A DNA stretch of 64,000 bases from an uncultured Candidatus Saccharibacteria bacterium (GTDB taxonomy: Bacteria > Patescibacteriota > Minisyncoccia > Phycocordibacterales > JACOZG01). Numbering within the stretch: position 1 is the first letter of the stretch; the number at the start of each line of letters is the position of its first letter. The DNA lies in contig OZ246403.1 of assembly GCA_965230925.1 (NCBI GenBank), positions 646,541-710,540 of the forward strand. The letters run 5' to 3'. Positions 8,345 through 18,044 of the stretch are shown in pieces. A model generated the notes under the pieces. It was not told the DNA's origin, did no database searches, and worked only from the letters and a program-made list of their open reading frames with translations. Position numbers and translations under genes: made by a program.

Positions 8345-9052
8345 ATGCTCCCAAATTTTTCTCCAATCCAAAATCATATCTTGTCGAAGCTGAAGAATGC
8401 GCAGTCGCTGCGCTATAGCGAGATGCAACCAGAGAAGGTGCCGAACGATCTCTATAATTACCATCTCCAATTTCTGGTGAAGAAAGGTTTTGTCACCAAG
8501 CTCGATGATGGGTATTCGCTCTCAGAAACCGGCATTAAACATGTCGCTGATCCCTATCCGGCGAACGACGCGATCACGAGTCTTTTTAAAATTAATGTGA
8601 TCACGGTGGTTTCGCGGGTGGTAAATGGCCAGATCGAGATTCTCAATCAAGAACGGAAGTCAAATCCTTCCTACGGCAAGATCGGAGTTCCTGGTGGCGT
8701 GGTGTTGAAAGGTGAACTCATTGAGCCAGCCGCGTCGAGAAAGCTCAAACAAGAAACCGGTCTCGAAGGAGAATTTAAACTTATGGGTTGCGAGCGACGG
8801 ATTATGTATAAAGACGGCGAGCTGTTTTCTGATGTGTTGTTTCCGATTTCCTACACTGACACCTCTTCCGGAGAACTTCTCGGAGAAAGTAATTTTGGTC
8901 GCAATTTCTGGTCACCGATTGACGAGGCTATTAAACATGAATCAACCGAATATGATTCGATCAAAAGTATTGTTCATGTTCTTAAGGCGGTGAAAGTCGG
9001 TGTGATTCGAGAGTTACCCTTCTTTTTCGAAGAAACTATTCAAGCCAATTAA
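8345..9052 (+). CDS. NUDIX hydrolase with N-terminal winged-helix-like domain
   Basis: Nudix box GGVVLKGELIEPAASRKLKQETGLEGEF (GX5EX7REUXEEXGU pattern). The ATG abuts the stop of the preceding ORF. Confidence 0.7.
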   Translation: MLPNFSPIQNHILSKLKNAQSLRYSEMQPEKVPNDLYNYHLQFLVKKGFVTKLDDGYSLSETGIKHVADPYPANDAITSLFKINVITVVSRVVNGQIEILNQERKSNPSYGKIGVPGGVVLKGELIEPAASRKLKQETGLEGEFKLMGCERRIMYKDGELFSDVLFPISYTDTSSGELLGESNFGRNFWSPIDEAIKHESTEYDSIKSIVHVLKAVKVGVIRELPFFFEETIQAN

Positions 9053-9135
9053 TTACCGAGGGAGCCCTCGCTAGATTGTTTTTTGAGCTCCAGTAATCTG
9101 GTGGTGGATTACTAGTAATTTTGAAAGGAACAATC

Positions 9136-9969
9136 ATGAACTCACCAATCAGTGATCTCAAAACAAAAGGGTTTGTCACTTTGGAATATCCGCCGGAGTT
9201 GCGAAAGGCAGTTCAGGTGGCAATAGGGGCATGGCAAGGGTTTTTCCAACTGCCGATAGATGACAAGGCGGTTCTGCCCTACAGCAATCAAGCTGCCGGT
9301 GTGGGTTATGAGGTGAAAGTTGGCAATGGTCCTAAAGCCGATCGTAAGGAGAATTTCGATCTCACCATTGCTGGCAAGTCATGGTTGGAATCCAACTTGG
9401 TCCACTTCGAGAATCCGGCAGCGCTCAATTTTGTTAACCGAGCGCTCGGTCTTATTCCGGTCATGAAACCGTTGATTCTTGATTTTGCTCGGCAAGCAGA
9501 AAGTACTTTTGGGCTCGCGGGATTCGCCGACGAAGTTGCGGTGAGTGAGAATGCTTACTTTGTGCGCTTCATTCATTACTTTGGCGGTCGTCAGATGGGG
9601 GATGAAATGGCGACAGCTCACGCTGATCAAAGCGGGTTCACATTACATCTCTTCGAGAGTGATCCCGGGCTTGAGTGTCTCAGTCTGTCTGACAAAAAGT
9701 GGATTGATATGCCGGTGTCGGAAGGCGAAACGGTGATCATTCCAGCGATGCAATTACAATTACGATCACAAGGAAAACTTACCGCGCTCGCGCATCGCGT
9801 CACGGCGCGCCCAGAAACAGTGAAGAAGGGACGCTTCTCGGCCGTGTGCTTTATTCAACTCAAGAACACTTCACAATACGACAAAGCGCGCCACGGCCGA
9901 CTCCAAGAGAAAGAGCCCGGGTTCAATTACGGCATGACTCACGGTGAATTTGCGAAGCTCTTTAAGTAA
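9136..9969 (+). CDS. 2-oxoglutarate/Fe(II)-dependent dioxygenase family protein
   Basis: HxD...H iron-binding pattern (HADQSG ... LAHRV) in a 2OG-FeII_Oxy-like context. Start moved to the ATG with SD GAAAGGAACAATC (the track starts at 9121). Confidence 0.5.
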   Translation: MNSPISDLKTKGFVTLEYPPELRKAVQVAIGAWQGFFQLPIDDKAVLPYSNQAAGVGYEVKVGNGPKADRKENFDLTIAGKSWLESNLVHFENPAALNFVNRALGLIPVMKPLILDFARQAESTFGLAGFADEVAVSENAYFVRFIHYFGGRQMGDEMATAHADQSGFTLHLFESDPGLECLSLSDKKWIDMPVSEGETVIIPAMQLQLRSQGKLTALAHRVTARPETVKKGRFSAVCFIQLKNTSQYDKARHGRLQEKEPGFNYGMTHGEFAKLFK

Positions 9970-10577
9970 TGAGCGTTTGGCCGGATTCAAGCGGTAGCCT
10001 ACGGGCTGCCGCTTTCTTGTCCTTGTGCTACACTAGAGACCATATGAAAAAGAATTTGCCAATTATTATTGGAGTAGCCTTGCCAATTATCTTTATTTTA
10101 GTCATCGCTCTCTTGGCCTTCGGCCCGACCTGGTCCATTAGGCCGGCGCATAACTTTATTTATAGTCACGATAATCGTGATTATTACTATGGTCGGCAAT
10201 ATCGCAATATCTATGATGTCGAGAACGGTAAGGTGGTAATGAAGCCACGCACGATCAATATGGTAAATCGAGAAAATGTGACCTGGGAAGATGCTCCGCC
10301 AATCTTTCTTTATAATGTAAAAAATAATTCTACTCACGAAATTGGTTTGGTTGAGGCCTTGGCACTTAATCTTGACCCGGGACCCACGTCGCCCGACGGT
10401 TACTTAGTAGAATATCGCTCGGGTGATTACGGTGTCTTCGAGCTCTTTGGCTCGAACAATAGCGCCAACGGTTACTATATTACGAAGGACCAAGCGGGGA
10501 AGAAGTTGGCCGGCTTCCAGAACGATCGCTATAGTTACTATGACCGCAATTTTAAGTTTCTTGGTTGGGTAAAATAA
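9969..10577 (+). CDS. Hypothetical signal-anchored secreted protein
   Basis: A more likely start is ATG at 10044 (MKKNLPIIIGVALPIIFILVIALLAF TM anchor). Tyr/Asn-rich extracytoplasmic domain. Confidence 0.5.
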   Translation: MSVWPDSSGSLRAAAFLSLCYTRDHMKKNLPIIIGVALPIIFILVIALLAFGPTWSIRPAHNFIYSHDNRDYYYGRQYRNIYDVENGKVVMKPRTINMVNRENVTWEDAPPIFLYNVKNNSTHEIGLVEALALNLDPGPTSPDGYLVEYRSGDYGVFELFGSNNSANGYYITKDQAGKKLAGFQNDRYSYYDRNFKFLGWVK

Positions 10578-10581
10578 TTTT

Positions 10582-11595
10582 ATGGACAAACAACAAGTAC
10601 TCGATCTCATTAAGCGCCAACTTGATTCCGGCGTTATTTCCTCTGAAGAGTTGCTCGCGGCGGCGCGTGGCGCAAGTGTTACTTCTGTTTCGCCGCCCAC
10701 TTCAACCGGCGCTTCTTCTCATCGTCTGGCCAATGTCTTCTACGCCATCGGTGCCGTGGTTGCTGTGGTCGGAGTGATTATTTTCCTCGTTCAACACTGG
10801 ATGGAGATTGGCTTTCTTGGTCGCGTCCTCGTCACTCTCGGGATTGCCGCTGTCACTTACATTGCTGGGATTCTCTTGCGCGGACCGGCCCATCGCGTGA
10901 TCTCGCAAATTATGTTTACCATCTCGGCTGTGCTCTCGCCGCTTGGGGTGGGGGTAATTCTTTACGAGGCGCGGGTGGCGATTACGCTTGATCTCCAGCT
11001 CATGGTGGCGTTGGCACTCTTTGTGCTCTTCGGCTTTGCTTATTTTCTTGCCCGGCGCAGTATTCTTATCTTGCTCACTCTTGGTTATGCCACCTGGGCG
11101 TACTACGTTTTGCTCATCAAGACATTCAGCTTCAGTTATTACAATTTTAATATTCTCAAGTGGGCCACGATCATTGCGGGGTTGGCCTACATCTTAATTG
11201 CTTATGGCTACGGTCGCTTGGCTTCGCCCGACTCTGGCACGGCCCAGACGGGCACGGCGCGCGAACGGGCCTCGGTTCGTGGGATTCTCTTTGGTCTCGG
11301 GACGCTCGGGGTTTTGGGCGCGGGCATCTCGCTCGGTGGGGGTTGGGATATTATCTTCGTCGCGGTACTTTTTGCCGCTTTTTACGCCAGTGTTTTCTTC
11401 CGGAGTCGGGTGATGCTTATTCTCGCGGCGCTTTTCCTTATGGCTCATATTGTTAAGCTCACTTCGCGTTACTTCGTTGGTTCAACCAGTTGGCCAATTG
11501 CTCTAGTGATCTGTGGTTTCATTATGATCGGTATTGGTTACGGCACCTTCCAGCTTAATCGTAAATATTTAAGCGTTTCATCAAACGCCAGTTGA
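10582..11595 (+). CDS. Hypothetical polytopic membrane protein
   Basis: Soluble N-terminal about 50 aa, then about 9 predicted TM helices; no known motif. Confidence 0.55.
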   Translation: MDKQQVLDLIKRQLDSGVISSEELLAAARGASVTSVSPPTSTGASSHRLANVFYAIGAVVAVVGVIIFLVQHWMEIGFLGRVLVTLGIAAVTYIAGILLRGPAHRVISQIMFTISAVLSPLGVGVILYEARVAITLDLQLMVALALFVLFGFAYFLARRSILILLTLGYATWAYYVLLIKTFSFSYYNFNILKWATIIAGLAYILIAYGYGRLASPDSGTAQTGTARERASVRGILFGLGTLGVLGAGISLGGGWDIIFVAVLFAAFYASVFFRSRVMLILAALFLMAHIVKLTSRYFVGSTSWPIALVICGFIMIGIGYGTFQLNRKYLSVSSNAS

Positions 11596-11655
11596 CCTAA
11601 TTTCCCCAATCCGTTAGCCTGAGTGACGGATTTCGTTATTTTGGGAGAGTTTGGC

Positions 11656-12747
11656 ATGAACTTTGACTTAAACGAATTGGCCGAAGCCTTTTGTAAGGCG
11701 ATGGCCAACGGTTGGTGGGGAGACCATGAAGAAGGTGAAGTTGTGCCCGGCGCTCCTAATTGTCGGTTCACATCATTCAAATTCAAAGGTTTCCGGGTGG
11801 TTGATTGTTGGCGGGTAACGAGAGGTCGGAGAAGTCCGGGTCGAGTTGCCATTTTGTTTGGAGGTAAAATTGTCTGGCAAATGGATTACTGGGAAGCATA
11901 CCCAGACGATCCAGTGGTCATGGATGCCGTGAAGAGAGGGGTGAGAAGCCTCTGTTCAAAGGGGATTTTCTCAGCTAGAGGGCCGAAGGTTCTTGCCTTT
12001 GGGGATGCGAGATACAAGGGCAAGCACCAGAGGTCTAGTCACGTTCTGGTGTACCAAAATTTGTACCGCGGTTCAATCAGGAGATTTTGCGGGGCAGAAG
12101 AAATCAGAAACGGCGACAGTTTAGTCGGTACGACCCAATATCGTGGTGGGCTTACAGAAGTGGGCCTGCCACTACCCATTGGACTAATCGGTCCTATTGG
12201 TGCCGGCAAGGAAGCCTTCTGGAAAATTCTCAGAGAGATTCTTTCTCCCCTCACTACCATTGATCGGTTTAGCACTTCGAATCTACTGGGTGGGGTCTTA
12301 GACATTCTTGGGATCCCGCGCGAGAGGTCCGATTTGCAGCGGGTGGCTCTCGCTTTGGATCGTCATTACTGCAAGGGCGTTGTGAGTCGGGCCGTAGCCA
12401 AGAACATGCTGGATAGCGGAAAAAAGGTGGTTGTCTTTGACTCCATTCGTTGGCCGACCGATATGAAGGCCGTTCGTGATAGAAGTGTGTTTCCGCAGAG
12501 TTTGGTTGTTCGTCTCAGAGCTGACCAAAGAACTCGTTGGGAGCGCGTACAAACCAGAAAGGAAAAACGCGGAGAAAACGGAATTTCTTTTGCGGCGTTT
12601 CAGCGGTCGGAAAGGGTTGGAACGGAAACGTCGATAGCAAGGTTGGCTCGACAGGCCGATGTTGTTATCGACAACGACGGTACTTTCGATGATCTACGAT
12701 CCCGCGTTGAGCAATTCGTTAAAGATCATATCGAACCCAAACTCTAA
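11656..12747 (+). CDS. Two-domain protein: unknown N-terminal domain fused to dephospho-CoA kinase-like P-loop domain (degenerate Walker A GAGKE)
   Basis: C-terminal IGLIGPIGAGKEAF...ARLARQADVVIDNDGTFDDLRSRVEQFV resembles CoaE, except K is followed by E instead of S/T. AGA/AGG/AGT-rich codon usage unlike the neighbours. Start assigned to ATG 11656 behind GGGAGAG (the track begins at GTG 11623). Confidence 0.55.
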   Translation: MNFDLNELAEAFCKAMANGWWGDHEEGEVVPGAPNCRFTSFKFKGFRVVDCWRVTRGRRSPGRVAILFGGKIVWQMDYWEAYPDDPVVMDAVKRGVRSLCSKGIFSARGPKVLAFGDARYKGKHQRSSHVLVYQNLYRGSIRRFCGAEEIRNGDSLVGTTQYRGGLTEVGLPLPIGLIGPIGAGKEAFWKILREILSPLTTIDRFSTSNLLGGVLDILGIPRERSDLQRVALALDRHYCKGVVSRAVAKNMLDSGKKVVVFDSIRWPTDMKAVRDRSVFPQSLVVRLRADQRTRWERVQTRKEKRGENGISFAAFQRSERVGTETSIARLARQADVVIDNDGTFDDLRSRVEQFVKDHIEPKL

Positions 12748-12761
12748 GTGTATTCCTAAGC

Positions 12762-12804
12762 CCCCCAGTTTCGCTGACGCGGAACTGGGGCGCTTTGTTT
12801 TTTC
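12762..12804 (+). terminator. Rho-independent terminator
   Basis: CCCCAGTT-12 nt loop-AACTGGGG followed by TTTGTTTTTT. Confidence 0.8.
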
Positions 12805-12822
12805 TTATGCTACAGTAGGCGG

Positions 12823-13785
12823 ATGTTAATCGACGAGGTCAAAATTAGGGTCTATGGCGGCGCGGGCGGGCGGGGTGCCGTGGCGTTTAATAAGGCGAAG
12901 CTGGCGGTTGGGCCGGTGGGTGGCTCCGGTGGTCGCGGCGGTAATATTACCTTCGAGGGTGTCTCGAACATTAGCGCTCTGATCCAATTTCAAAACAAGA
13001 AAGAAGTCCGTGCGGGCAACGGGCAGAATGGTCGGTCGCAATTCCGCGATGGTGAGTCGGGCAAAGATCTCATTCTCCAGGTGCCGGTGGGTACCGTACT
13101 TACTAATACCGAAACCGGCGCGATGACGGAGATCACTAAGGTGGGCGAGCAATGGCTCGCGGTAAAAGGGGGGAAGGGCGGCAAAGGTAATTTCAAATAC
13201 CGTTCGCCGGTGAATACGAGCCCAATGGAATTCCAAGAAGGTTTGCCCGGTGAAGGGGCCGTGCTCCAACTTGAGCTCAAGATGATTGCGGATATTGGTC
13301 TGGTGGGTCTCCCAAATGCGGGTAAATCGAGCCTTCTCAACGAACTCACAGCGGCGAAGAGTAAGGTGGCTAATTATCCCTTCACTACCCTTGAGCCACA
13401 CTTGGGCGCTTATTACGGACTCATTATTGCGGACATTCCGGGGCTGATCGAAGGTGCTTCTGGTGGCAAAGGTCTTGGCACCAAATTTCTTCGTCACGTC
13501 GAGCGGACAAAAATTATTTTCCACCTGATCTCGGCGGAAGAAGCGGACCCAGTAACCGCTTATCGAACTATCCGAACTGAACTTGCGACGTATAATGAAG
13601 CGCTCGCAGAAAAGCAAGAATATGTTTTTCTCACCAAGACGGATCTCGTCACGCCAGAAGTTTTGAAAGAAAAGCTCGTTGCCCTCAAAAAGCTCAAACT
13701 CAAACCAATTCCATTCTCCATTCTTGATACCGAGAGCCTGGTGGCCGTGAAAAAGATTTTAGAGAAAATTCAGGCGGAAAAGTAA
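12823..13785 (+). CDS. obg: GTPase Obg
   Basis: Gly-rich Obg fold N-domain (YGGAGGRG, GGSGGRGGNI, GGKGGKGN) and G-domain motifs GLVGLPNAGKSSLL, DIPGLIEGAS. Confidence 0.9.
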   Translation: MLIDEVKIRVYGGAGGRGAVAFNKAKLAVGPVGGSGGRGGNITFEGVSNISALIQFQNKKEVRAGNGQNGRSQFRDGESGKDLILQVPVGTVLTNTETGAMTEITKVGEQWLAVKGGKGGKGNFKYRSPVNTSPMEFQEGLPGEGAVLQLELKMIADIGLVGLPNAGKSSLLNELTAAKSKVANYPFTTLEPHLGAYYGLIIADIPGLIEGASGGKGLGTKFLRHVERTKIIFHLISAEEADPVTAYRTIRTELATYNEALAEKQEYVFLTKTDLVTPEVLKEKLVALKKLKLKPIPFSILDTESLVAVKKILEKIQAEK

Positions 13786-13798
13786 GTTATAATTAATT

Positions 13799-14386
13799 AT
13801 GATCAAAATAAAAATTCTGACGGGGTCGGTGAGGCCAAGGCGGTTTAATTCTCAACCAGCCAATTGGATTTATAATCTCGCCAAAGAACGAAAAGATATT
13901 GAAGTTGAGTTGCTCGACCTCGCCAAGATTAATTTACCCTTCCTTGATGAGCCGTTTACGCCGTTCGAAAATAAACCAGAGAAAGAACACACCAAAGCCT
14001 GGGCCAAGACGATCGACGAAGCAGACGGCTTCATCTTCGTGACGCCGGAATACAATCACTCGATCCCGCCGGTGCTTAAGAATGCGGTTGATTACCTTTT
14101 CTGGCAGTGGCATTACAAGCCGCTTGCTTTCGTGAGTTATGGATCTCTTGCTGGTGGGGCGCGAGCGGTGGAGCACTGGCGTGGGGTGGCGGGTGAACTC
14201 AAGATGTATGACCTGCGCGAGCAAATTATGTTACCCAATTATTGGGAGCATCTGAATGAAAAGGGTGAATATCAATTTAACGATCGTCACGTTGCGGCGG
14301 CCAACGCCATTCTCACCGACCTCACCTTCTGGGCTGAGAAAATGAAACCAGCGCGGGAGGAGTTGAAGAAAAGGGAGCAAAAATAA
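13799..14386 (+). CDS. NADPH-dependent FMN reductase family protein
   Basis: Flavodoxin-like fold pattern: ...GFIFVTPEYNHSIPPVLKNAVDYL. Confidence 0.65.
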   Translation: MIKIKILTGSVRPRRFNSQPANWIYNLAKERKDIEVELLDLAKINLPFLDEPFTPFENKPEKEHTKAWAKTIDEADGFIFVTPEYNHSIPPVLKNAVDYLFWQWHYKPLAFVSYGSLAGGARAVEHWRGVAGELKMYDLREQIMLPNYWEHLNEKGEYQFNDRHVAAANAILTDLTFWAEKMKPAREELKKREQK

Positions 14387-14454
14387 AACCCCCCCAGAAC
14401 GCCCGGAGGGGTGAGAATCGCTGATTTTGTTGTTTTATCCGGAAAGCGGAGAAC

Positions 14455-15453
14455 TTAATCGAGATTGTTCAACTCTACTACCTGGTGATCTAGACAAACA
14501 AAGAGCTCATCACTACGAAATCTCCTTGCGTTCGGGTTCTCTTGCAGGACTAATTCGTGGCGTTGCCGAGCTTCAAGTAGAATGTTGTCGTAGAGATATT
14601 GGTCTGTAGCATGCGGGTCGTGGTGGGTAAGGCCAAGTTTCTTGGCTTTTACTGTTGCCGCTACCCGAACGCAAAAACCTGGTGTTCCATGCCCGAAGCC
14701 AGCTTTTCCATTTTGGTATTGTGCCTGAGAATATTGTGCATCCATCACCAAGAGATCAGCGTTGAGCAGGTGACGCTCGAGGTCACCCGGGAGCGCTTCT
14801 TGATTCTCATGATCGGTAAGAAAAACGAAGACTTTACCACTTGGTCGTTCTTCAAACCGATATGAAATCGTCCGTTCGGGGTGGTTGGAGTAATGCATCT
14901 TGATTACCAAACATTCACTGATCGGGTAACTACCCAACTGACCGAAGTTGATAATCTGATTCCCGCACTCGCTACGAGTGAACTCTTCCACTGAGACCAT
15001 CCGAACTCCTCCGGTCTCGTGACAGACAATTACTTGCACGTTGGGGTTTTGAATCCCACGACAAGTAAAACGTGCCGCCACCGCACTGAAGTCGATGGGG
15101 AAGAAAGGCGGCTGCATGATTGTCTTCAAGACCTTTTTTGGGCCATAACCCAATTCGACAGGTCCCCAGCAGGAGAGTTTTACTCTCTTGTTGTGGGTCA
15201 CCGAACCCAAAAGGAGGCCTTGGGTATGATCATGGTGGTAGTGTGTAAACAACACATGAACAAACCCGGTTTTTGTTTTGAACGCTCTATCAGAAAAAGG
15301 GATAAATCCCGTTCCGGCGTCAATCGCGAGGCGCACACCATGCGGCAAACAAGGACTTTCCACTTCCACACATGTCGTGTTCCCTCCCACATTGTGGGAA
15401 AACTTATTAGCTATAGGCACCGAACCACGGGTGCCCCAGAAGGTGATTTTCAT
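14455..15453 (-). CDS. MBL-fold metallo-hydrolase
   Basis: HxHxDH motif THYHHDHTQG; further His/Asp ligands downstream. Confidence 0.75.
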   Translation of the reverse strand: MKITFWGTRGSVPIANKFSHNVGGNTTCVEVESPCLPHGVRLAIDAGTGFIPFSDRAFKTKTGFVHVLFTHYHHDHTQGLLLGSVTHNKRVKLSCWGPVELGYGPKKVLKTIMQPPFFPIDFSAVAARFTCRGIQNPNVQVIVCHETGGVRMVSVEEFTRSECGNQIINFGQLGSYPISECLVIKMHYSNHPERTISYRFEERPSGKVFVFLTDHENQEALPGDLERHLLNADLLVMDAQYSQAQYQNGKAGFGHGTPGFCVRVAATVKAKKLGLTHHDPHATDQYLYDNILLEARQRHELVLQENPNARRFRSDELFVCLDHQVVELNNLD

Positions 15454-15526
15454 TGTTTTCTCCTTTCCCCGGCTTATATCCGGACCAACAAAGTGTCAAC
15501 GATCTCCGGGGATAAAATATAACTTT

Positions 15527-15554
15527 TTGATGATTAAGTCAAATAGTGTATTAT
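15527..15554 (+). promoter_or_regulatory. Sigma70-like promoter (TTGATG-N16-TGnTATTAT) in divergent intergenic region
   Basis: -35 TTGATG at 15527-32, extended -10 TGTATTAT at 15547-54. The predicted start site lies a few nt before ATG 15565. Confidence 0.4.
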
Positions 15555-15564
15555 AGTGATAATT

Positions 15565-16050
15565 ATGATCAAAATAAATTTCTACCCTGATTCAGACAAG
15601 GTTGAATACATCAATGGAGCCGCAGAATATCAAGAAATTTGGGCAACAGAAGGTGAGCGAATTGTAACCACTTGGGAAGCTGTTAGTGACCTGGAGTTTT
15701 CCGAAAAAGAAATTAATGCCGTGATCTTTCATGGAATCAGTCAGACTCCACCCCTAGTCTTGCGCGATGACTTAACATCAGAAAGAAAAAGAGCCGTGTT
15801 GATCCATGAATTGGGCCATCGGTTACTCTACGGTCGAAGATTAGATTTAAGCTCTGGTTTAGAAAGTCATAAAACCTTGTTTTTAGTTCTGCCGGAAGTG
15901 TTTTTGAAATTGTATGACCAAAAATTTCTTGAAAACGCCATTGCTGCAGACAGAAATCTTCCCCGACCATATTATGGCGAGGCTTGGGATTGGGCCTTGG
16001 CATTTACTCCGGAGCAAAGAAAAGAAGAGTTTCGTAAACGTTTGAAATAA
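15565..16050 (+). CDS. HExxH zinc-metallopeptidase-like protein (ImmA/IrrE-like motif HELGH)
   Basis: VLIHELGHRLLYG. Start assigned to ATG 15565, since the track's GTG 15556 overlaps the predicted -10 element. Confidence 0.45.
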   Translation: MIKINFYPDSDKVEYINGAAEYQEIWATEGERIVTTWEAVSDLEFSEKEINAVIFHGISQTPPLVLRDDLTSERKRAVLIHELGHRLLYGRRLDLSSGLESHKTLFLVLPEVFLKLYDQKFLENAIAADRNLPRPYYGEAWDWALAFTPEQRKEEFRKRLK

Positions 16051-16056
16051 CGAACC

Positions 16057-16701
16057 ATGCTCGTCTATCTTGTTCGTCATGGTCAGAGCCAGTTGAATGT
16101 AGAAAATAAGGACCAAGGGCCGGAGGGTGCCCTCTCGGAAGAAGGGCGGAAGCAGGCCAAAGTTTTGGCGGAGCGATTCCAGAAAATTCCTGTAGACCTT
16201 GTGGTGTCGAGTACTTATGAACGGGCCAAGGAAACCGCGGAGATTATTAATGAGCATCTCGGCAAGTCGCTAACCTTCTCGGAACTAATTGCTGAACGAC
16301 GACCGCCAAGTAAATTTATTGGTGTAACCCACGATGATCCCGAGTATATTGCTGCGCACCGATTGATGGCGGAGAAGAGACTTGTTGATCCGTCTTGGCG
16401 TTACTCGGATGAAGAAAACTTTTTAGAGTTGCGCGATCGAGCAAATAAAGCCCTAGACTTCTTTCTCACACTCAAAGCAGAGAAGGTTCTCGCAGTAACT
16501 CACGCTGGTTTTCTTCGACTCCTGTTTGCCGTTATTGTGATGGGGCCAGAAATAAAGTACGAAGAATATTTACGATTTTTCCGTGTCCTCAAAACAGCTA
16601 ATACTGGTATTACGGTAATCAAACATGAAGAGTTGACCTTGCCCTATCAAGGGACTCTTTGGCGTCTCGTCTCCTGGAACGATCACGCACATTTGGGGTA
16701 A
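16057..16701 (+). CDS. Histidine phosphatase family protein (phosphoglycerate mutase-like)
   Basis: N-terminal LVRHGQS catalytic His motif; C-terminal AVTHAGF. Confidence 0.75.
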   Translation: MLVYLVRHGQSQLNVENKDQGPEGALSEEGRKQAKVLAERFQKIPVDLVVSSTYERAKETAEIINEHLGKSLTFSELIAERRPPSKFIGVTHDDPEYIAAHRLMAEKRLVDPSWRYSDEENFLELRDRANKALDFFLTLKAEKVLAVTHAGFLRLLFAVIVMGPEIKYEEYLRFFRVLKTANTGITVIKHEELTLPYQGTLWRLVSWNDHAHLG

Positions 16702-16719
16702 ATTTGGTATATTGAAGCC

Positions 16720-17295
16720 ATGTCTCGGATCATTATTGTTCATCGGTGGGGTGGTGGGGCAGAGGACGACTGGCGACTGTGGTTGAAGGGAGAATTGGAA
16801 AAATTGGGTCATGAGGTGCTTGTTCCCGCGATGCCAGAGACCGAGACGCCAGTGATTGAAAAGTGGGTGGACCACTTGGCGGGGGTGGTTGGCGAACCTG
16901 ATAAGAATACTTATTTTATTGGCCACAGCATTGGCTGCCAAGCAATTTTGCGTTATGTGGAAACACTCATCCAACCAGTAGGCGGTGCGATTTTTGTGGC
17001 AGGTTGGTTTAGTTTAGAAAATTTGGAAGATGAAGAAACAAGAGCGGTGGCCAAGCCGTGGATTGAGGAACCGATTGATCCAGTAAAAGTAAAACAAAAT
17101 TTACCGAAATCAGTTCTCCTTATTTCCGACAATGATCCTTACGGCGCCTTTGAAGAAAATAAAAAGAAATTTGCCGAACTTGGTTCAAAGATTATTGTTG
17201 TTCCAAAAGCTGGTCACCTCACAGCTAATGATGGTTACACCGAGTTTCCGGAATTGTTGGAGGAAATTACGAATTTGCTAGTATTAAATTCATGA
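16720..17295 (+). CDS. Alpha/beta hydrolase, YdeN/RBBP9-like serine hydrolase
   Basis: Nucleophile elbow GHSIG; about 190 aa with the typical Asp/His positions (ISDNDPY, AGHL). Confidence 0.6.
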   Translation: MSRIIIVHRWGGGAEDDWRLWLKGELEKLGHEVLVPAMPETETPVIEKWVDHLAGVVGEPDKNTYFIGHSIGCQAILRYVETLIQPVGGAIFVAGWFSLENLEDEETRAVAKPWIEEPIDPVKVKQNLPKSVLLISDNDPYGAFEENKKKFAELGSKIIVVPKAGHLTANDGYTEFPELLEEITNLLVLNS

Positions 17296-18041
17296 AAAGA
17301 AACATCTTGGTTACCGGGGTATCGCGGGGGATGGGGATGGCAACGGCGCGGCTTTTGGTGGCGGAGGGGGCTTTTGTGTATGGTATATACAACAGCAATG
17401 AAGAGGTGGCTAAGAAGCTCAAAACAGAATTAAAAAATCTCGAAATTTTCCAATGTGATCTTGCTGATCGCGCTCAGATTCATGGTTTGATTGAGAAATT
17501 AAAAGGAATCCAATTCCACGGTCTGGTAAATTGCGCCGGAGCTTTTATGCCCATTGAGTTTGATAATTTTGATGTTGCGACCTGGGACAAAACGCTTGCT
17601 ATTAATCTCAATGCACCGCTGTTGCTGGTGAACGGGCTAAGGGATAATTTGGTCGATGGTGCCTCGATAGTAAACATTTCGAGCACGGACGCTATGGGCG
17701 GTTCGATTACTGGTGTCGCGTATTCTGCGAGTAAGGCAGCCTTGCTCAACCTGACTCAAAGTCTTGCCAACATTCTCGCGCCGCGCAAAATTCGAGCGAA
17801 TGCAATTGCGCCAGGCTGGATCGGTGACGGCATGCAAGCGCCGCCAGAATTATTAAAAGAAGCGGCAGCCTACAATCTTCTTGGTCGTGTGGGCAAGTAC
17901 GAAGAAATTGCCGAGATAGTGAACTTTTTACTTTCCGATAAATCAAGTTACGTGAACGGGACGATGATTGTTGCTGACGGAGGCGACTCAGCCACTAGCT
18001 ACACTTTGCGCAAAGAGGCGGGGATGCAGGTGAAATTTTAA
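17292..18041 (+). CDS. SDR family oxidoreductase
   Basis: TGVSRGMG Rossmann motif and catalytic YSASK. 4-bp ATGA overlap with the upstream gene. Confidence 0.8.
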   Translation: MKRNILVTGVSRGMGMATARLLVAEGAFVYGIYNSNEEVAKKLKTELKNLEIFQCDLADRAQIHGLIEKLKGIQFHGLVNCAGAFMPIEFDNFDVATWDKTLAINLNAPLLLVNGLRDNLVDGASIVNISSTDAMGGSITGVAYSASKAALLNLTQSLANILAPRKIRANAIAPGWIGDGMQAPPELLKEAAAYNLLGRVGKYEEIAEIVNFLLSDKSSYVNGTMIVADGGDSATSYTLRKEAGMQVKF

Positions 18042-18044
18042 GTC

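Noticed and set aside
12826-13617. 263-aa ORF antisense to obg
   Set aside because: obg on the plus strand has unambiguous GTPase motifs; the antisense ORF is a shadow frame.
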